Below, one piece after another: positions 55,196-64,000 of a stretch of 64,000 bases of DNA. The stretch is taken from the NCBI GenBank assembly GCA_044892525.1, contig CM097885.1:43774001-43838000 (forward strand), written 5' to 3'. The notes beneath the pieces are model-generated. The model was not told the DNA's origin. It saw nothing but the letters and a program-made list of their open reading frames with translations, and ran no database searches. How positions within the stretch are numbered: the first letter of the stretch is position 1; each line of letters begins with the position of its first letter. The position numbers and the translations under genes are program-made. The stretch comes from Schmidtea polychroa (Eukaryota).

Positions 55196-55489
55196 CACGT
55201 TAAAGACCGCATGTCCACCGGTGGGTCACTCCGAAACAACATTACCGACCCGCGTGATCACGGGTGAGCAAACGACATGTTTTACTTGGGGACCGCTTGT
55301 ACACTGGTGGGCATGATTTAAATACAATTTATGTACAGTATGTACAAATAAATCTAGAGTGTTAAATAATGTCTATCTCAAATTATTGTACACTAAAATA
55401 ATATTCAAAAAACAATATTCGTAATTAACAATAAAAAAATGCTGGTCTATATGTGAGAAAATCTATTTTGTAATGCGGTCTTCAACGTG
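55196..55489. mobile_element. piggyBac-type MITE
   Basis: TTAA flanks, TIR CACGTT(A/G)AAGACCGCAT, internal CACCGGTGGG-type repeats. Confidence 0.88.
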
Positions 55490-56559
55490 TTAAATGTAAT
55501 TGAAATGTCTGTTTATTATTTATTATGTAAACATTATGGATTTATTTACCCCAACAATATTCTGAGTAAGAATTTATAAAACACTTCATTCTACAAACAT
55601 TCGGATATTTTTTAATTATAGATTTATATTATAATAAAATTTACCTTTAACCTTTTCGCGCCAAAGACCGTATATTCCCGTGACAAAAAAATCGTGACAA
55701 ATAGTCAATGACCGTATTTATCCGATTTCATTATATTTAAGTGACAAATGTTAGATATGTCTATTTGTGTGTATAGACAAGTTTAAACGTATCTGTTTTA
55801 TCAAATTATTTGTCATGTACGAATCTGGCAGTAGTAGTTCTTATTTCATAGTGGGCACACGAACGTTTGCATACTTGATGATTGTCAAAGTTTATAGAAA
55901 ATTTTCCGTCTTATAGGCATATTTAATAGGAAAATAGCACGTCACGACAAGGTTATTCATAATTAATTTTTTACACGTAATACTCATAATAAATTCAAAC
56001 TTAATTAATGTATAATTTATTTAATTAGTTAATTAAATTTTACTTGATCCTTACGCAAACATTCAGCAAAAACATTTTTTATTACAGTTCCAAAATCCGT
56101 AATAATTTCTACAAATGCACTAAAATCAGGGTAAACCAATTAAATTCAAGGAATAAGTGGCATTCGGAATAACATGGTTCAATTATTGTAGACAATGGCA
56201 AATATTTGAATCATATAATTGTAATATTTTCTCTCTTTGACAAACCTTAGTCAGTTGTTTCATTAATAAAGTCTTTACAACTTTCTTTAAGAATGCAAAT
56301 TTTACTGTATATTTCCAAACCTCTAAATATCAAACTTAATTGTACGAAGTGTGAAATGTCTTGAGAATAGTCCAAGTTAATTGTAAATTATGTCTTTTGA
56401 AATTTAAATTGTGCGCTATTTTTATTTTACTCTCTAAATTATTAAAAAGTTTGAATCTGTCAAAGCAAATAAGATATATTTTTTGATTCTATTTAAATAT
56501 TTAATAAAGGCAGAAATGATTTATTTGTTCTACAACATTTAAAAAAGCTTATTATTTAA

Positions 56560-56785
56560 CCCTACACTGTACAGAGATGCATATATGTATCACACATATT
56601 GTCCGACTTAAAATGTACTCATTGTTATTTACGTATTACATGCAGAATCATAAATAAACCTTTTTCCAATTAGAGGAGGCCATTGACCAAAGCTAATGTT
56701 TTGTTTTAAACCTAAAAATTTAGTTCTAACTATCAATTGTTTACACAATTTAAAAACTAAAAATAAAATATTGTGCAGTGTAGGG
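56560..56785. mobile_element. piggyBac-type MITE
   Basis: TTAA flanks, TIR CCCTACACTG(T/C)ACA. Confidence 0.88.
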
Positions 56786-57354
56786 TTAATCCATTATACA
56801 ACATATAGTTTTATCAAAAAAATTTTTTTCCTTAAGTGTACGATATTTCAATTTAAAACATTAAATATAACATGAAATGCATTTTGTAAATTATTAATTA
56901 TCGCTTCCTCGAGAAGACTGCATTTTAGTTTATCCTATTAATTTTTTTCTTTGATAAAAATAGATTATAAAAAGAAATTATAAAATTTTATTTTCGCATA
57001 ATTGCAAACAACAATATTTGATAACAATGTTTATAGTATTACAACATAAAATACAAAATGAAGCATAATTTATATTGAATTCCAGTTACATAATCTGTAA
57101 AAGTAGTATTGGTTAAGGTGCTATTATTGATAAAAATAATTTTACTTTCTTCCGTTCCATGGATTACATATAACCCAGAATATCGAAAAATAGTCATAAA
57201 AAAGTGACAAATGTTGAAATACTTACGCTGTTTTCTAAGCCAGTGGCTTATAACACGAAAACAAAAAAGTATTCCAAATTATTTATTCATCATATTTGCA
57301 ATAAAGCATTGATAATGTAATTATTTAAATAAGTACTAAGATAATCTCTTTGCA

Positions 57355-57676
<322 letters not shown>

Positions 57677-58271
57677 GGTTTTTATCAAGTACTTGTTACA
57701 CAATCAGTGTTTCCAAGAATTTTCAAAAGTTCTCTGTCAATTGTTAATATTTATCATTAAGTATTTTTCTATCATTTTTACAAGTCACAGAACATGCGTT
57801 CTTTAGATGTAATTAATACTGGAGTAAAAATGGAAAAGTTCAATGCTCTTTCTTACTTTTACAATCAACGCTTTGTCATGCACATTTTGTGAGTTTGTGA
57901 GAATGATTTTACATATATAAAAGGACATCGACATTCCTAAAATTAGAATAAAATTTATAGTAATCATTATGTAACAACAATATAATATATGACTCTTTTT
58001 TTTTAATTTGTTTAATTTCACTTTCTAGAAGTTCAAATTTGATTAGAAATAGGATTTATAATTGCTTGAAATGAATAAATATTAATTTGAAACGGATGTT
58101 GAAATTAATTAATTAATCCACTTGTTTACGTATTAATTACAGGCCCACTGGGAATGAAACACCTTTTAATTTCATATCAAATGACATAATTTAATTTTAA
58201 TCATTATATCTGGATTTTATATTTCATGAGGATTTTTTGTAAGCGGACATTTCGATTCCCGGCATCCTTAA

Positions 58272-58977
58272 CAGTAGGTTTACGGAATTTTGTTATATAC
58301 CTATCTCTACGGCACCCGTAAAATTGACGGATGCACATAAGTACTTCGTTTTTTTTCGTGTTAAATGTTTTATTTAACTGAAAGAAGACTAAAATAGTAA
58401 TGACATACTTATATAAATATTATTACAAGCTAAGTTTAATTTAAAAGTGATACTAAAAATAATATTTTCAACTACTATTCGGAACATTTCTTACAAATAA
58501 ATTCAATTTTCATGGTACACTGTCCACAAACAATCTTTTTACATTTTTTACATGCGTTAATGCTTTTCTCTTTTTTTACAAAACCCTATTTGATAACTTT
58601 GTAAAATGGTGTCAGTGGCAGACTGAGGAGAAACAGATGGTGTCTGATACGGGTTTTTTTTCTTGATTGGCTAGCGGAATACTCGTAAAAAATTATGAGT
58701 TGTTATATTCCTTCCAAATACGGTTCAGCTAATTTTAAAACAATGTATTCACCTAAAGGTGTCGAGAATCGTATTTCGTCTTTTCCCAAATAAGGAAAAC
58801 CATTCAAAACATATTTCGATTTCAAATCGACTGCCAACCAAAAAAACAGTAAATATATTTGCACTGATCCATTATAAAAAGTCATTAAAAAAAATCAGAA
58901 AAAATTTCTGCCTGTTTAGAAAAATTTACAAAGGAAATCGGAAATGCGTCAAATTGACGGGTGCCGTAAACCTAGTG
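58272..58977 (-). mobile_element. Internally deleted piggyBac transposon
   Basis: TTAA flanks, TIR CA(G/C)TAGGTTTACGG, inner inverted ACGGCACCCGT(A/C)AA(A/T)TTGACG, transposase remnant FWLAVDLKSKYVLNGFPYLGKDE and Cys-rich C-terminus CKKCKKIVCGQC..FICKKCSE*. Confidence 0.92.
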
Positions 58978-61761
58978 TTAACCAAGGATCCAAAAGATTC
59001 TTGTACTCATTATATATATATATTTTCAGTTGACATAATATTTATAAAAAATCTTGACTATGAATCAGTAAAGATATCGATATTTTTTTGATGTTCACGA
59101 ATTTTCAGCACTGCCTTTTTAAATGATTTTGATCTGTATAAACTTTGAATAACTATCTCATTGAAATAGATGAATATTTTGAGTATTCCAGTTATTATTA
59201 ATTGTCCAACTAGAAATTAATTAAATGAAATTATTCGAATGTTGATAATAATTCTTGTTAGACATTAATGGTATAATTAATTATTTATAGAGATCTAGAC
59301 TACTTCTCTTGGGAATTAGATATTTTGTAAATTCTTTTTTTGCTTTTACAATATATATATAGAAAATCATTAGAAAATTTTCTACAAATAAATTACAAAA
59401 CCACGAGATAATGAATTTCAATAACAAAAACAAACCATAAACAATAAATAAAGAGAGTAAACTTAACATATAATAAAAATAATTAAAATTATGTCGTGAA
59501 TCATGAATCATCCGCTGTTCGTTTAATTACTGAAACATCAGCGAACTGAAAGGACTTTTAATGTAATGCCATCTAAATGGCGAAATAAAAGAAAAATATT
59601 CTTCGTAGAACTAATGAAAAAATGAACTTTTCAGATACTTCAACTTGAAAGATAATTGTCTAGAATTTTCTAAAAATCCAAAAGATGATACCCAATTGCT
59701 AAAAAGCCAGAAAAGGTATAATTTTAAAAATAAAAATATTTTACTAAATTAAAAAAGCTAGTTTTCATTTTTTTATATTGGTCTATATATGAATGAAATT
59801 AAAAATTGTGCTTATGTATTTTTTTATTTGTCCCTTATTTAAACTTCAGAGAGTTTGCAGCCCGCCTTTTGGTTGCAAACAATACTAGGTCAGTCTGAAG
59901 ACTAGACAAAATTCTTAAAAAGGTTTTGAAACTGTGAAAAATATCTACTAACTCTTTTATAATTTACTTTCGAATTTGTTTGAATCAGGATAATTTATGT
60001 AATTGTTAGATTTATACAAAAAAAGTGTAAATAAAAATTAAGTGTACAAAATATTATGTACAGCAAATACAAAGTCAAATGTAACAAAATTAGTTGAAGT
60101 GCAAACTTAACTAAAAGTAAATAAAAATTGAAAATTAATATTTTTGGGGAACAGGTAAAGCCAGGTGACAGATGAAAAGATAAGTATGAATATGATAATT
60201 TCCGATCAATTAGAAGTCCATCGGCGGTTATTTAAGAAATAAAATTAATTAATTAATTAATTGAAATGTATTAATCGTTACTAATGGAAAATTGGCAGAT
60301 CAGCCGAAGATAAAGATAGTAGAAGTGATTAAACGAAAGACAACATTTAGAGAGTTATGTGAAATCTTTTATTTGTTAACGATTTTGTAAAAATGTTAAT
60401 CTTATGGTGCTGAGTTTATCATTCTGATCAAGAGTACAAGGAGTTGGATAATAAGCTCTTTCCTACCGAATACTAATAATAACTCAATATAACTATTAAT
60501 ATGTAAAATTAAGGAATTTATATTCACTTTAATTTGGCCAATGGAAAATTTTATTTAATGAATGATAAATAAATATTCTAATAAATAATCGATAATTAAT
60601 AAATAAATAACAAAATTGAACAGATTTCAAAAGTCAGTTAAATAAATTTTTGTTTGATTGTTTCAAATACATATTTAATACAAAATAAAGTAATTAGCAA
60701 TTAATTATAATTTCTAAGTTGTTATTCAACTTCAATATCAATTATCCAGTAATTTCAAATAGTCCTAGATACACTTAGACAAATACTTTCATGAATAAAT
60801 TGAAATTTATAATTTGTTTAAATTGCAATTAGAATTTTAATAATATTTAATAAATTGAAACAGTTTACTATTTAGAATCAACAAATTTTATTATTTATGA
60901 TTTAATTCCTTTTAGAATTTTTGTTTATATTGTTTATTTTATTTTCTCATTATAAACAAGTTTATTAATTGTACAAAAACAAAAATAATGATAATAATAT
61001 TTTCGACAAAACTTATCACGAATTTATATTTACATTTTCACTCATATTATTTTATGTCAGTTAAAGAAGAATGTGATTATATTTTTTTAAAAAAAAGCTC
61101 AATTAATCGCAACGCAAAGAATTTTATGATATTTTAATTTTAAATATATGATTTTTACATAACAATTCTATACACCTGTTTTGGTGGTTATCTTTTCAAT
61201 GCCATCTTTTTTATAGTAAACCAAATTGACGAGAAATTATTTATGTTTTCGAAACATTAGTTGTTATTATTAAAATTCTTGACTTTCAGAGAATTGGATA
61301 ATACTAAAAGAATTTTGACAAAGCATATTTTCTAATACCTTGTCTCTGGCAAGATATCAAAGACCTAATTTGTAAATAGTCGCACTTATAATCTGTGACA
61401 AATGAATGACACATCCCAATTTGTAAATTTCAACAGCTCATTATTCCATGATTGGAAGTATTTTTCTTGCTTGAGATTTATATTTTTGGTATTTAAAATA
61501 AATATAGGAAATCCTTTAAAAAATTCAGCTAAAAAATTGCCAACCATTTAATTACTCAAAAAATTTAACTATTTTTGCATAATTAATATGCTTATTATAT
61601 AAATATTAATTCTTTCAAATTTTAATTTTCAATGGTAGCAAAATTTTATAAATAATTGGTGAAAATGAAAACATCAAAAAATCACCTGGGATGGTTAGCC
61701 GATGGTAAAATGAGATAATCAAACATTATGAAACTCGCAACATTATCTCAAATTCTAATTA

Positions 61762-61977
61762 CCGTATTTTAGCGCATATAACGCGCACGTTATACGCATT
61801 TTTACAAACCGTGCACCCCCCATGCGCGGTATCTGTGGGTGCGCGCTTTATGATTTATATTTTACACGTGGCGGCATTGCCAGTGGAAATATTTTTATGA
61901 TGTGACAGTAACCCTACCATCGGTTTTATTGTTTATTGTAATCAGATACCGTGCGCGTTATATGCGCTAAAATACGG
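61762..61977. mobile_element. pogo-like MITE
   Basis: Perfect 28-bp TIR CCGTATTTTAGCGCATATAACGCGCACG with TA flanks. Confidence 0.92.
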
Positions 61978-62160
61978 TATTCATTTAATTATTAATTAAT
62001 TAATTTTATTTGACCTGAGCGAATAATTGACAAGGACTACTATATAGTTGAAAATTAAATATATTATTCGCAGCAAAGGCTTAAATTATCATTTAATTGT
62101 TTAAAAATTTAATTAATGCTGCTACCAAGAAATCATCAGTTTTTATTATAATTTTTATTT

Positions 62161-62162
<2 letters not shown>

Positions 62163-62224
<62 letters not shown>

Positions 62225-62229
62225 TATTA
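62163..62229. repeat. (ATT)n microsatellite just upstream of globin exon 3
   Basis: Seen directly. Confidence 0.95.
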
Positions 62230-62266
62230 CTTTTACTTTATATATAATAATTATAATAAAAAATAG

Positions 62267-62422
62267 GTTTTAGGACGTCAATTTTTGATAACTATAAAAC
62301 CAACGTTGGACACAAACAATTTATGGACAGAAGAATTAGAAAAAGCCTGGACACTAATTGTAATATTTATTTGTCAAAAAATGACAGAAGGAATTCGCAC
62401 GAATAAGCAGTTAAATAATTGA
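62267..62422 (+). CDS. Globin exon 3 of 3 (helices G-H), absent from the ORF track
   Basis: Phase-0 acceptor ATAG|GTT. Reads VLGRQFLITIKPTLDTNNLWTEELEKAWTLIVIFICQKMTEGIRTNKQLNN*, containing the W(T)xExxxAW helix-H signature. Confidence 0.9.
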   Translation, partial: VLGRQFLITIKPTLDTNNLWTEELEKAWTLIVIFICQKMTEGIRTNKQLNN

Positions 62423-62939
62423 TCACATTCTCAGATCAAAATTGTTTAAAACAGATTTATTTATGACTATGGAAATTTATTTTTTGGAAATCTTTTGTGG
62501 TTTTATGGTTTTTCTTTTTTTTTAAATAAATAAAGTAAGTGTATTCCACAAAAAACGGACTGAAAATTGATTATTGTTTAAATTTTCATTTTTATACTCA
62601 TGTATAAATTGTATTTCTACTTGCCACTATATCTTATAGATTTACTCACATTTTCACATTATTGGAATGTGCAAAATTATTATTTCTTATCGATTTTTCA
62701 TGATTCTTCTCTAATAAATATTCGTCAGGTATTTTTTATTTTCTGTAATTCAAATAAAATTCAAAACATTGAAACAATTATAATATTCATCTTTTTTAAT
62801 TCAATTTTTTTCAAAATGTTTGTAAGACAATAGATCAATATAAGGTACATGATATTTCGGCACAGCCTTTATCAAGCGTTCATTTCAGAATATTTTTCCA
62901 AAACAAATTAGAGAATCTCTAAAAGTGATTTTTTCATAC

Positions 62940-63400
62940 GATTTGGATACTGATTGAATATTGTGTAGGAAAGGTTTTGGTCAACCTAATATATAAAGTG
63001 ATTATTCCAGTTCCTTATAAAATGTTTCAGAATGTTATAATAAAATTCTAAGAAAATGGTTATTATTGTATGATATTCCAAGAGATGGTGATTATAAGTA
63101 TATAAATCATAGAAAAGATTGTTATAAGTTTCTTATCAATACATTTTTCGTAATGAAAAATTAACATTTCTCAAAAAACTTTCAGTTTATTGTAATAAAT
63201 TATATATCTTCTACTAATTTAACAATTTTTAAGAATTATATAGGCCATTCCTATTTTTCTTCCAATAGTTGTCTCTCCTTTGTCAAATTGTCATTTATTT
63301 ACCATATATAGTATGATGATGATGTAATAGAAATGGATTTCCATGCGTTATTTCACGAAAGTGATGATGAAGAGCAAGACTTTGAAGCCATTTAATGAAT
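62940..63400 (+). pseudogene. Possible pogo transposase C-terminal relic
   Basis: Acidic end ALFHESDDEEQDFEAI* resembles pogo-family C-termini; upstream frame is broken. Confidence 0.35.
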
Positions 63401-63932
63401 TTTCTTCGGTTGTAAAATTTAAAAACTAAACGCTATCATAAATTGTATAATAAATTATTTTTAGATTTGAGATTATATTACATTACGAATTTTCTTTGCA
63501 CGTTATGATTTCGTTATCCTTTATGACGCTCGTTACTAAACATCGACAGTAAATATATTCTTTAAAAAAAGTTTTGAGGTCTGTAAATTAAAATAAATTT
63601 AAATGAAATTTAGGTTGAAAATTTAAATAAAAAGTAAGTGAAAGAAAAAGACAAATAAAAGCTTGATCATGCACAGAATTGATAGTAAAGGAAAGTATGG
63701 TGGAAGCAGTATAAGGAAATGGCAAAAGCAGTTGCGCAAAGCAAGAATCCGGAAATCCGAGAAAAATCAATAAATTTTAAAATCATCGAAATCGAATTGG
63801 GAAAACGGGACAGGTATAGATTAGCTAATGGTCAACAAGATGATGATTAGGGATTTATCAGAAAATGGTTAGAAAGAGTCGAAAAGCATTCAAAGGTGTT
63901 AAAACAGAAAACATTAATTAATTAATTAATTG

Positions 63933-64000
63933 GCCAATAGAAAACCCGAGCTAATAGGAAACCCGAGCCAATGGAGAACCCGAGAGATGAAGGAAACCCG
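63933..64000. repeat. Short tandem units with core AACCCGAG, running off the window end
   Basis: Four units of about 17-19 bp seen directly; probably the subterminal repeats of an element continuing beyond the window. Confidence 0.6.

Noticed and set aside
55647..55730. TTAA-CCTTTTCG piggyBac-like left end
   Set aside because: No matching right end found.

Overview
Very AT-rich, transposon-dense animal nuclear DNA using the standard code and GT-AG introns. An invertebrate host such as a flatworm is plausible but cannot be proven from the sequence. Four intact host genes were assembled by hand. Three are paralogous secreted S1A serine proteases with one 40-52 bp intron each and elastase/chymotrypsin-type pocket residues. 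The fourth is a three-exon, 200-aa globin with an N-myristoylation motif, spread over 20.6 kb (41830-62422), whose exon 3 is missed by the ORF track. Most other recognisable sequence is mobile DNA: the right end of a decayed Polinton/Maverick (pPolB plus terminus), a full-length Gypsy element with non-canonical TA...TA LTR ends, and a multi-level nest at 21.2-33.8 kb (long-LTR host element, Gypsy, hAT, solo LTR, (TA)n-inserted MULE). There are also piggyBac, pogo/Tigger, MULE, hAT and Helitron derivatives, a dispersed foldback family, and many (AAT)n/(AT)n microsatellites. The most unusual pattern is a TA-flanked MITE clan whose bodies are homologous but whose terminal and internal repeat motif has been replaced in a concerted way in each subfamily. 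All calls come from reading the sequence; no searches were run.
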